A stretch of DNA of 48,525 nucleotides, filler included, from Ionaspis alba (Eukaryota): the NCBI GenBank assembly GCA_964255285.1. It is 2 parts of 2 records of this genome, joined end to end, with 100 filler letters (N's around TTAATTAATTAA, not from the genome) between each part and the next. Parts side by side here need not be neighbours in the genome. Positions count along the whole stretch, not along the records: positions 24,340 to 48,525 come from CAXUUL010000175.1; 1 more part is not named here. The stretch is one strand, 5' to 3'. Position numbers and translations under genes: made by a program. Position 1 is the stretch's first letter, and every line of letters begins with the position of its first letter. Positions 25,796-36,245 of this stretch are shown in pieces. The notes under the pieces were generated by a model. The model ran no database searches, was not told the DNA's origin, and saw only the letters and a program-made list of their open reading frames with translations.

Positions 25796-27097
25796 TCAAC
25801 ATACTGTACTTTTCTCTTGAGGCTCTTGATCTAGGATATGAATTTTGACAGCATTTTTAGTACGATCAGCTGCAGTCTCTAACGCATTTACAGCCTCATC
25901 GAGTGTGAAAGTATGTGTAATCAATGGCCTCAAATTGATATATCCCGACTGCAACAGACGGATTGCATACGGCCAGGAGTGGTGGTAGCGATTAATGAAT
26001 TTGATGTCAATCTATAGCCATACGGTAAGCGAATTTCTTCTGAAGGGGGTCGTATAGCTGTCTTGAACTGGAAGAGACATACCTCAGCCAGCGAAAGGTG
26101 CATAAAAGGTAACCCATCCATAATTGCTCTCCCAACCCCAATAACCATAACTTGTCCACCCCTCCGACATGCGTAAGCTGCAGTATGAACGCTACTGTGC
26201 ACGCCCGAACACTCGTACACAATACTTGGCTGCTCGCTATTGAGCACTTCTGTAAACATAGCCACAATCTCTCCAGCATGCGTCTCCGGCGTGCCATCTA
26301 TTGGCGTCAAAAAGACCTCACACTCGGGCACAAATATCTTCGCGAACTCCAACCTCGCAGCGTCAATATCCGTGACCACCAGCGGCCAGGCCCCACTCGC
26401 CTTCGCCGCCGCCAACGCAATCAGCCCGATCGGACCGGCGCCACATATCAACACGGGCTGGCCCAACCGCAGCGGCGCGCGTTCAATCGCATGCAGCACG
26501 ACGCTCAGGGGTTCCAGCAACGCGCCATCACTAAACGACAATCCCTCCGGCATTTTATGTAGGTATTTCGCGTGGTGGACATGATACCGACGAATCGAGC
26601 CGTGGAAGGGCGGCGCGCCGGAGAATTTCACATCCGCGCAAAGATTGTACTCGCCCGTGCTGCAGTTGTGACATTGATGGCAGGGCACGCCAGGCTCGAT
26701 GGCGACGCGGTCCCCGGGCGCGAGATGCTTGACGTTGGACCCGGTGGAGAGGATGACGCCGGCGCCTTCGTGCCCGAGGATGTAGTCCGAGGATACGATG
26801 CAGGTGCCAATCTCGCCGGCTTTCCAGAAATGGAGATCGGAACTGGGGAGGAATTTAGGGTGGGTTCGGAGTAGAGGTTGGGAAGAAGGTGTGATTGACT
26901 TACCCGCAGATGCCGTTTGCGCGGACGTGTACAATGCAGTCGTCGGGCCCGGGAGTTAGGGGGGTTGATGATGCACTGTAGATTCTGTGATCTTTTGTGG
27001 TGTAGAGCGCGGGATTGGGAAGAGGAAGAGAGAAAGACCCGGCTGGGTTTTGCTGTGTGGCGCGTGGCATGTTGGCACTGGTTGCAATTGCAGTCAT
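25796..27097 (-). CDS. Zinc-dependent polyol dehydrogenase (L-arabinitol 4-dehydrogenase/galactitol dehydrogenase-like, MDR family)
   Basis: Exons 27097-26904, 26842-26083, 26011-25796. GICGSDLHFW, LGHEGAG, structural Zn motif CHQCHNC...C, LEPLSV, GAGPIG and IDIKFINRY. Confidence 0.93.
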
Positions 27098-27486
27098 GAC
27101 AAACGCAGTAGCAACTGAAATGTAATCTAGGAATTAATTGCTTTATAAATATTAGTAGTTCTTGCACTTGTTTGCCCACCAGGGTTGGTTTCCTCTCTCC
27201 CTTACTGGAAAGTTACCAAAACAGGTGATATTAAACGCTTTTGTAATATTTAGTTCTCCTCTGCCGATCCTGGCATGCTTAACAAACAACTTTGATGTGG
27301 ACATTACAGAGTACTCCTTCCGATCAATTCTGGTCTATTAGGAGAGGACAGTACGTTAGAACAGTAGCCACACTATCTGGAATTATTTTTAAATCACCGT
27401 CTACTGGCTTCTTCGTAGCCCAATCCACGTTGGAAAGACTCGATCTCTACACGCAATTATTGGGTAGGGAATCAATGATGTAGTTA

Positions 27487-27509
27487 TCTCGGAGGAGTAG
27501 CCTCCGAGA
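27487..27509. promoter_or_regulatory. Perfect 9-bp inverted repeat containing CGG-N11-CCG (Gal4-type Zn2Cys6 site geometry)
   Basis: TCTCGGAGG-AGTAG-CCTCCGAGA, about 390 bp upstream of the polyol dehydrogenase ATG. The palindrome is certain; its function is inferred. Confidence 0.35.
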
Positions 27510-27511
27510 AG

Positions 27512-27611
27512 NNNNNNNNNNNNNNNNNNNNNNNNNNNNNNNNNNNNNNNNNNNNNNNNNNNNNNNNNNNNNNNNNNNNNNNNNNNNNNNNNNNNNNNNN
27601 NNNNNNNNNNN
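27512..27611. other. Scaffold gap (100 N)
   Basis: Run of N. Confidence 0.99.
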
Positions 27612-27932
27612 AGTCTGATTGGTCCTCGCTAAGACTATCTCTCAACGTCATTGTCGACTATTTTCTTTGTATCCCGGTCTATGTCTGACAGTGTGTTTCT
27701 TGGTACTCCCCACTGAAAGACGTTTGTATCGTCGTCATCGTCGCCGCTGTTCTATTCTGCTTTCTTTGCATCCCTTTCTGCCTCTTCCGGTTTCTTTTGC
27801 TTCTCCTCCTCCTCTGTACCCATACTAATATCCGGAGTATCAATCTTGGAGCTTAGATACGAATGGTTTGCGTGCGTCTACCGCTTGGCACTGCTTTACA
27901 CGGACTGCCGGTAGTCTACGTCACTGCAGTTT
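27612..27932 (-). pseudogene. Stop-riddled relic of an unknown acidic/charged protein exon
   Basis: After a CTAAC...CAG acceptor (27933) the frame reads NCSDVDYRQSV*SSAKR*THANHSYLSSKIDTPDISMGTEEEEKQKKPEEAERDAKKAE*NSGDDDDDTNVFQWGVPRNTLSDIDRDTKKIVDNDVER*S*RGPIR. All five stops are TAA/TAG. Confidence 0.5.
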
Positions 27933-28315
27933 CTGAAGCATATTGGTGTTAGTCTGAGTCAACCAACGATAGGGCTTATCATAAGCTGAGCATTGCTTTC
28001 TCCTCCTTATGTCACGCTGAACAAGACTGTCCCCTCCTTAACAGCGTCATCCGTTTTATGTTTGCCCTAGAAAAGTCCGGCAACGATGGCCGGCACCTTA
28101 ATTTCCATCTTCATAAACTCCACGATCACTTTAACCTCACAGTACAGGCATCATCTTGATCCAGAATTTGTCGTTGACTTTATCACCGCGCGAGAAACCA
28201 GAGTCAGCAGAGTTATTCGTCTTCTTACAAATATCAGAAGTGCATGGATATATTTTGAGTCATCAACAGGGAGATATCTTTTGAAAGTCATTGTATTGAA
28301 AATTGCCAAACGACG

Positions 28316-30156
28316 TTACTGATAGACAGAATGTCCGATTGGATGCTGATCAGATGCCTTCACAAACTCCGTATGGTCAGACGAAGCTTTGACGGAAACG
28401 TTGCTCTGCATGCTGGAGATGTTTTTCGTAGAGCCCTTTGTTGTATGCCATCCCTGAAAGTCATTTGATACGCTGGTATCGAGGGCTTCCTGATACGCCG
28501 GAAGGCCACCAGACCTGCAGATGAGTACGTCAGTTGCGTAAGATCAAAAGGATATCGCCGAGGAAACTTACCAATTTAGTGGCTCTATTTTTCTCCCTGG
28601 AATGTTTGCACCTTGATACCACGACTTTGCTTGTGGGAACAATGATGCATCCCATTTCTCTTGCATCTGTTTGCACCAACTATCTTCTTGCTCTTCTGTC
28701 GCCTCAAGCACCTCGATATTTTCCTCCATGCACTTCCTGATTGTGCTGTCCACCCATAGTGCTTGAATGTGTACAGTGCTGGGCCCATTGGAGAAAGCGG
28801 TCGGAGCTTGGGGACCATAAAGGAAAAACATATTGGGGAACTTGGGGATCGCAATCCCAATACTGGTCCGTGTACCATCTGCCCAGTGCTCTCCGATGGT
28901 CTTTCCATGAGTTCCCCGGATGTTGAGCTGGCCCAAGCTGCCGGTGACGGAATCGAAACCGGTGGCAAGAATGATCACGTCAACATCAACTGTACCAGCA
29001 GTCGTTCGCAGCCCGGTGGGTGTCACTTCGATGATGGGGGTTTTGTTGACGTCGACGATGTCAACGTTGTCCTCGGAAACGACCTCGTAGAAACGTTGCT
29101 CGAGACTGGGACGCTTCGTACCCCATGGGTGAGGCTTTTGTTCCGGTGCGAGAAGTTCTGCTTTCTGTGGATTCGAGATGCGCTTGAGGACTTGTCGCCT
29201 CCAGAATTCGTACGCTTGCGCATTGGCCTTCTCATCGAAGAGCATATCTTTGTAGGTTGCGAGCCAGTATCGGAAGCCACCTTGCTCCCACAACTTGGCG
29301 TAAAAGGCTTCGCGTTCCTCCGGGCTATCGTCGAAAGTGTTTTTCTCAGCAAAATCGAACAGGAAACCTGCAAATGTTGTCGGAATGAGGTCGAACTCTT
29401 TCTGATAGGTGCCGTCATCCTTTCTGGCTTGTTCTTCAGCTGGTTCAAGTTTTGCTTGTCTCATGGGTAGACACATGTTCGGAGTGCGTTGAAACAGTGT
29501 GAAGTGCTCTGTTTGAGGAGCAACCTCCTGGCAGAGTTGAATGCCCGTTGCGCCAGTACCAATCTGTGCAACCCGTTTCCCTCTCAGATTCACACCATAT
29601 TGAGGCCAAACAGCAGTGTGATAAATGTCGCCTTTGAAATCGCCAAGATTCTTGATCGGAGGTGTATAGCGCTTTGCAGCGAAGCCAATGCATGGAATAA
29701 ACCACTTCGCATAGATGTATTCGCCGTCAGAAGTTTCGACGAGCCACTTGCCACGTGCTTCGTCAAAGACAGCTCCATCAACATGCTTGTCGTAAACGAT
29801 GTCCTTCTTCATGTCCCACTTTTCTTGCACGTAATCAAAGTATCGCTTGATTTCCTTGCCACTAGGATATCTCTCAGTGAAAGTGAAATCTCGCCAGAGT
29901 TCCTCATCGTAAAGCTGGTAGATTGGTACAGCACTGTCCACGCGAGCGCCAGGATAGCAATTCCAGAACCAGATTCCGCCACTAGCAGATCCTTTCTCGT
30001 AGATTTTGCACTTCAAGCCCTGCTTGCGAAGCCTATAGAGGATTAGTGACGTTGTTCGCCGGGAAGTCACGTGACGTACTTGTTCATAACCGAAAAGGAG
30101 CCAAAGCCGGCCCCTACGAGAAGGGCATCGACTTCGGGAATGCTTAATGAACCCAT
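28316..30156 (-). CDS. Type I Baeyer-Villiger monooxygenase (cyclic ketone monooxygenase family, FAD/NADPH)
   Basis: Exons 30156-30080, 30032-28572, 28514-28316. GAGFGS, GGIWFWNCYPGARVD, BVMO fingerprint FKGDIYHTAVWP, IGTGATGIQ, FQRTPN, ATGFD and SWYQGANIPG. Confidence 0.95.
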
Positions 30157-31195
30157 TGTTGAAAGTCTCTTGGTGTGCGTGTTCCAGGACTGCTTTTCTA
30201 CGGGAAAGGAGACGGTGGTATTTGTAAATAGCCAGCAATGCCTCTGTAGCATAAAGGGCTAGGATGTCCCTACATCCGACACCGCAAACGCGGTTAACCC
30301 ACGCTTGGAACACCCCACACTTCCAAGCAAACCAGGCACTCATGAACTAAGTCATTCCTGACGACGCATCTGATCAACTGATTCTCGGGAAAAAAGAAGG
30401 TTGGCGCTGGGGATCTCCATCTGGTCCGAAACAGGAAATTCTGAGCGCGAGTTGACGTTACTAGATGCGCTAAGCTGCGCACGCCGCGATCACTTCATCT
30501 GCAGACTCGCAATCGAATGATTAGACTTTCGAGCATCACTCGTACTAAGCGCTCCTCGGTTCATGACTTTTCAGTTCTACGGCTCTCGTTCTGCGAGTCC
30601 CCAGCTTCAACCGCTTCGAATCCCTGACTGCCTATGTTCTTGCTCGTCGCGAGGTGACGGGAACACGGTATTGCGCATAGGACATCGGATCCCTCAAAGC
30701 AAAGGCTGGGCTCATTGTTTATATGGCTGAGAATTTCCCCACAGTGCTCGTTCGGAAGCAAATGTATTGTTTACATTGGGCAGTAGTTTGTTCCATCTTC
30801 CTAGTAATGCAGACTGTTACTCGCGCATATTCTAGACACTTAGCAAAACATGATGAGGTGGATATACTCTGCAAATTCTCCAGCACTGCCTCAAAAGTAT
30901 GGATTGCCCTGTTTAGAAGTCCGAAGCTCTCAACATTTTTTTCATACTCCCTTGCTCCTCCTGGCTCCCTCCACTTCATTCATGTGCCGGTTGGTGGCAC
31001 CAAAACAAACGCCTCTGTGTTCTTTATCCTAGGTCGGAAGATGTGTTTGTGCAAGTGATGGAGACGAGGAAGAGGGTGCTGGGGACGGAGCATCCAGACA
31101 CGATGGATTGAGCAGACCACTCCGGGATTCATATATCGAGATCAAAACTTTTAGGACTCTTTGATGACTGTACACCTCAATCTGATATTCCTCCC

Positions 31196-32116
31196 TCAGT
31201 CGTGCTTCCCAACAAATCCCAACACCTTCTTTACAAAGTCCTGCGGATTCTCCTCAGCAGTCCAGTGCCCACTCTTATCCACCGTCACAACCTCTACACC
31301 CTCATAGAACTCCCGCGTCTGCTCCTCCGCCACTTCAAGCAGCAAACTCATCTCCCCACACAAGGCGGCTGCGGGCATCTTCAACTGCCCACCTTGGTCC
31401 AGCTTCGCGCGATTGTCTTTGGCGTCCTGCGGAAAGGCGCGGTAGAGCTCGAATCCAGCTCTCATGCCACCCGGCTGGGCGAAGCTAGCCGCGTAGTGAT
31501 CCACGTCTCGCGGCGTGATGCCAACGGGGTTGAAGCAGAGGCGGTCGTAGAAGTGCTTGATGTAGATCTTCTCCCGACCTTGAGTGAGTAATTCGGGGAG
31601 GTCGAGTTGTTGTTGGAAAGTGAAGTGCCACATGCCAGGCGAGTTCTTGAAGCCGGATTCGTAGGGGGTTGCGCCGGGTAGAGGGCATTCCCCGAACATC
31701 ACTGAACGGGTGTGGTCGGGGTGGGAAGCTGCGTAGGCGTGGGCGATCATGCCGCCTATGTCCTGGCCGACGACGTGGAGGGGAGCTGTTACGCCAAGGT
31801 GATCGTGGGCTACTTTGTACAGATCGTTGGCTATTGTGACTTTGTCGTATCCTGATTTGGGATGTGATGAGTCTCCTGCTCCACGGTAGTCTGGTGCAAT
31901 CACTCTGTATCCGGCCTTGGCGAAAGGAGTTATGACGTGCCGCCATTGGTAGGAGGTGTTGGGGTAACCGTGAATGAGTAGGATCACGCCCTTTTCGGTC
32001 CCACCGAGAGATGGACAGTCGATGTAGTGTATTCGAGCTTCTCGAGCATCATCTACAAATGCATGGCCGTGCTGCCAATCTTTATCGTCAATCTCCGTTG
32101 GGTTGAGGGACGGCAT
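31196..32116 (-). CDS. Alpha/beta-fold hydrolase, soluble epoxide hydrolase/haloacetate dehalogenase-like
   Basis: Intronless, 306 aa from ATG 32116. HGYP oxyanion motif, PDYRGAGDS, Asp nucleophile elbow GQDIGG and SGHW catalytic His. Confidence 0.9.
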   Translation of the reverse strand: MPSLNPTEIDDKDWQHGHAFVDDAREARIHYIDCPSLGGTEKGVILLIHGYPNTSYQWRHVITPFAKAGYRVIAPDYRGAGDSSHPKSGYDKVTIANDLYKVAHDHLGVTAPLHVVGQDIGGMIAHAYAASHPDHTRSVMFGECPLPGATPYESGFKNSPGMWHFTFQQQLDLPELLTQGREKIYIKHFYDRLCFNPVGITPRDVDHYAASFAQPGGMRAGFELYRAFPQDAKDNRAKLDQGGQLKMPAAALCGEMSLLLEVAEEQTREFYEGVEVVTVDKSGHWTAEENPQDFVKKVLGFVGKHD

Positions 32117-33299
32117 GTTGAGATGTGTGGTCAAGCTGGGAGCTGAGGAAGCTGTTATAATGAATGATTGAATTGGTAGCTATGTGGAAGGAAGAGTTTC
32201 AAGGAGGTGATAACTCTGATTATATGCTATCACACTAATTCCAATGGGAAAGCCACGGTTATACCAGTATAGAAACTACCCACTGTAATCACTTTCTACC
32301 AACAGAAGGAAGATGTCAAGATTCAAGTTTCTGATGTCTCAGCACGCACCCCGCTTCGATGTCATTGCCGTCTTGGCGCGGATGGTAGTTCTAGACGCAC
32401 TAACAGAACGTGGGGAGGGGGTTAAGCGCTAACAAACGCGCAAACTTGCGGCTCTGAAGCTCGTTCTGCTGCCGAACGTTTTGAAAATCTCCACACAAGA
32501 CTTTCTGGAGTAAAGGTACCGGAGCAATGGCTCCGTTACCCCAACGCTACCGCAACGCTAATCCAACGCTACCCCACAGCATGGCAGAGGCAGGCCCTGA
32601 TCATGTCGTTCAAGCTAAACCCAGGCGCCTACCGCAGCTTCTGGAGCCTATACGTCATCTATTACATGATTCCCAGCGCCGCTCACGGTCATCTCCACCA
32701 ATTCAGGTTAGCGAGGGTGTGTTGCCCTACTCCAAAAGCATTTCCGTCCCGCGGAAATGTCATGCTTGATGGGATTTATTCTAGATGAAGAACTGAAGCT
32801 ACTAGACTGAGAGCTACTGTAATCGAAAGAAAACGGGCCGGTCCCTAGCGTTCTGGCTGTTCCGTGTCAGGAAATTTAAAACGCCCCTCAAGCTAAGCTC
32901 GCCTTCCCGACCTGCTCGTCCCGAATCTCCATACTTCGCTCGTGGCTTGCCTGCAGTACCCAATGCTTCTCACGCTCCATCATTGCATTACTGCATGTGC
33001 TCCACAGATCGCCTTGGCGCCGTTAGCAAATAGTTCGAACACCTCCGCCTCGTTTATAGTTCCCTGTGAGAGGAATATCTTGCCGATGCCGAGCACCCCA
33101 TCCGAGACGCATTCTGATCCCGGCTGCAGGGTTGCAGTATAGTTGTGCGATACGCCGCTATCCCGCTGAACAGACTAAATGCATACAGAGTGAGAGCAAC
33201 ACTTTCGATGACCTTGGCCATTCTCAGCTAGTTCACACGACGTATAAGTTCCGCATGCTTCCAGGTAGTCTTCCGAGTATTCATAGTGCATACGGAATC

Positions 33300-34454
33300 A
33301 TGTCTGGAGAGATCAAACCATTCAAGATCGATATCCCCGAGCGAGAAGTCGAGAGGTATTACCGGAAGATCAAAGATACACGAGTACCTACCAAAGACAT
33401 CGTCCCCAATGCCGGGAGTGATTATGGCTTCACCACCGAGTGGGCCACAGAGCTTTACAGCACCTGGACGGACAAGTACCACTGGCACGAAGAACAGAAA
33501 GTAATGAATCAATGGCCCCATTTTACGACGGAACTCGAAGGCCTCAACATCCACTTCGTCCACCAGCGCTCCGAATCCCCATCCGCGTACCCACTCCTCC
33601 TCGTTCATGGCTGGCCAGGCTCCTTCTATGAGTTCAGCCGCATCATCAACCCTCTCACCAACGCCAACTCCCCCCTTCCATTTCACTGTGTCGTGCCCAG
33701 CCTTCCCGGCTTCTGCTGGTCCTCTGGTCCGCCGCGCGGCTGGACGCTACAGGACACGGCGCGCATCTTTCACGCCCTGATGCTCCGCCTGGGCTATAGC
33801 CAATTTGCAGTCCAGACTGGCGACTGGGGCCATTGGGTCGGGCGCGAGCTCGGTGCCCAATACGCCGACTCTTGCAAAGCTGTGCATTTCAACTTCGCCC
33901 CCGCGCTCTTGCCCGAAGGCGCAGAGCTGACGGAGCGGGAGGCCCAAGTCCAAGACAGAGTAGACGATTGGCTGAAGAACCATATGGGCTACGCGGTCAT
34001 GATGCGCACTCGTCCGCACACGGTCGGGTGGATGCTGCAGGACAACCCTGTCGGAATGATGGTCTGGCTGGGCGAGAAATACAACGAGGCGGCGGATCCG
34101 AAGAAGCAGCAGGTGGAAGAGTGGAAGACTCATATCCTGACGACGGTGTCGCTGTACTATTTCAGCAACTGTATCATGACGTCAAGCCTGCCGTACTACG
34201 AGAACATCCGGCATGAGAATTTTGCGGAGTTTGCGATGAGGCCGAAGAATAGGATCAAGTGCCCGTTCGGATATACGAGTTTTTACTGGGACACGGAGCC
34301 GAGTTCGAAGCGGGCGGTGGAGAGGACGGGGAATCTGGTGTTTTATCGAGAGAGGAATGATGGTGGGCATTTTGCGGCTGTAGAGTGTCCGGAGGGGCTT
34401 GTCGAGGATGCTAGAGAGTTGGTAGGGATAGCACTGGGAAGAAGTTCTTCTTAG
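33300..34454 (+). CDS. Microsomal-type epoxide hydrolase with EHN N-terminal domain
   Basis: Intronless from ATG 33300: IKPFKIDIP, IHFVHQRS, LLLVHGWPGSFYEF, VVPSLPGFCWS, GDWG nucleophile and GGHFAA. Confidence 0.93.
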   Translation: MSGEIKPFKIDIPEREVERYYRKIKDTRVPTKDIVPNAGSDYGFTTEWATELYSTWTDKYHWHEEQKVMNQWPHFTTELEGLNIHFVHQRSESPSAYPLLLVHGWPGSFYEFSRIINPLTNANSPLPFHCVVPSLPGFCWSSGPPRGWTLQDTARIFHALMLRLGYSQFAVQTGDWGHWVGRELGAQYADSCKAVHFNFAPALLPEGAELTEREAQVQDRVDDWLKNHMGYAVMMRTRPHTVGWMLQDNPVGMMVWLGEKYNEAADPKKQQVEEWKTHILTTVSLYYFSNCIMTSSLPYYENIRHENFAEFAMRPKNRIKCPFGYTSFYWDTEPSSKRAVERTGNLVFYRERNDGGHFAAVECPEGLVEDARELVGIALGRSSS

Positions 34455-36171
34455 AGCAATGATGACGTGGAGACTGATGTACCATCGTTGAGTTGGCACA
34501 ACGCGAGCCTTGTTTCGCAGGCCATCATATAGGTAGACTTCTAGGCTTGGTGCATGTTCCGCCATTTCCTGCCTTCACTGCTCAAGGAATGGGAAGCGAT
34601 ATGAATTGAGCGTTGCGGACGAGACCTTCAGTGGATTGGTTTCTTCAGGTAAACCACCTTCAACAAAGTTGTCGTCTATGCAGGCACACTAAAGCGATCA
34701 TCTCAATATTCTTACCGAAACCCATCGCCTCTCCAAGTATGCCACCACGGCCTGGTCCAAATCATGACTGCATAGCTGGCAGATCCGATGAAACGACCCT
34801 CAATGCATGACTGACATGATCTTCACTGTAATAGGTATCTGTGCTGGTCTTAAAGCCCTAGGGCGAATTCTTCTCTTCTCATTCTCCATTGGCCATCACC
34901 TGGCCGGCTCCCGCTACCTCGACACCTTCTCTTGCAAGGAGCCAGTTCACAGCTCGATGCTGGAACGGGAACAGACGACATTGCAGCAGGCTAATCTCAA
35001 TCCAATCAGAGACTGTGGAGGATTTCTCCGGCACGTAAACGTTGTCATAGAACTCGCGAGGATGCCATTTTTTCGGGATGTATACGGTGTCTCACTACCT
35101 TATGGCTGGTATCTCCTCAACACATCAGACGAGTGTCGTGATAATCTTGTCCTGTGCTTGCACGCTATCTTGCCACAGTAATCTTCAGGCGCAGGCTGTA
35201 TGCCCCACCACGACTGCGGGCTAATACTGCATGCGGGCAGAGCAGAAGATATCTTGCAGGCCCCTTACTGGTCCTCCAGATCGACTAATCTGCGCAGCGT
35301 CCTGGAGTCCAGCTGTGATTTCTCCATGATGAGAAGTGTCGAAGGTATACCGGAAATAAAGGCGGAGAAATCTTTTACTGGTAGGGGCGATCGTGGTCAC
35401 GAAGCCATCGTCGGGAAAGTGCAAGTCCGTGATAACGACCTCCACCGCATCTGCAGCACCTATCGCGTCCTGTAACTGCTTATCGTCATTTTGCTGTACT
35501 GATAGAAGACCACGGGTACTTCAGGAAGCAAGGTCTGCAATTGGTATGAAGGATGGATGAAGGATTCACCCCCTGAACTAAACTAATATACAAAGCCACT
35601 AGGCCTAATCGAGTGACCCCCGTTCTCTCTGGTCTTAAGGTCGGTGCCGTAGCGGCAATCGCAATAATATACTTCTGCCCGGTTGCAGCATCGCGGATAG
35701 CGGTCCGTGTATCAGACACTCGGCGACGCTTTGCTGGTTGCCCTTGATAATAACCAGCGTCCGCCATGTCCACACCTCTGTCCCAGGAATCAACACAAGG
35801 ATGCAGGGACGTGGAGAACAAAACAATCGGCAGAAGAATCGTTCAAATTGAAGATGGAGTACTCGCGGCGCCCCGGAAGGCGCTCACGGCCGACATTTTG
35901 GACGTGCAACATGTCGCGAATTGCGATTCTTGCAAGCATGCGGTTAATCCTAGTAGGGCGACCTCAGCTTCGTGGTGGAGGTCCGGATGCGCAGCAACAC
36001 GAAGGCAGTTTGAGGCAGGGAAAATGATTAAATATGGGCAGATGTTTGGATCTCACAATACTCAAAGCAATGACAGTGACATGTTTGATTATGGACAGTT
36101 TGATGATCTTCTCGCCGCACTCCTTTCGCGATAAGATTGCCCACCTCAGGCTAGTATCAACCACCTTCATG

Positions 36172-36207
36172 CTCTAGAACTGAAACCTCCTCTAGAACTG
36201 AAACCTC
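36172..36207. repeat. Perfect 18-bp tandem duplication (CTCTAGAACTGAAACCTC x2) just 3' of the transporter stop
   Basis: Read directly from the sequence. Confidence 0.85.
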
Positions 36208-36245
36208 CTATCTCCTCCGGCCGCTTATCTCACTGTGTATTGGCT

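Noticed and set aside
32527..32788. Small ORFs between the two epoxide hydrolases
   Set aside because: No domain recognised; probably promoter or UTR sequence.
33066..33299. 78-aa N-terminal extension of the epoxide hydrolase in the ORF track
   Set aside because: Starts at GTG; family similarity begins at ATG 33300.
34600..36134. Possible decayed gene between the epoxide hydrolase and the transporter (CTGAC...TAG acceptor near 34834; acidic tail ending 36134)
   Set aside because: I could not assemble a coherent or recognisable reading frame; BLASTX is needed.
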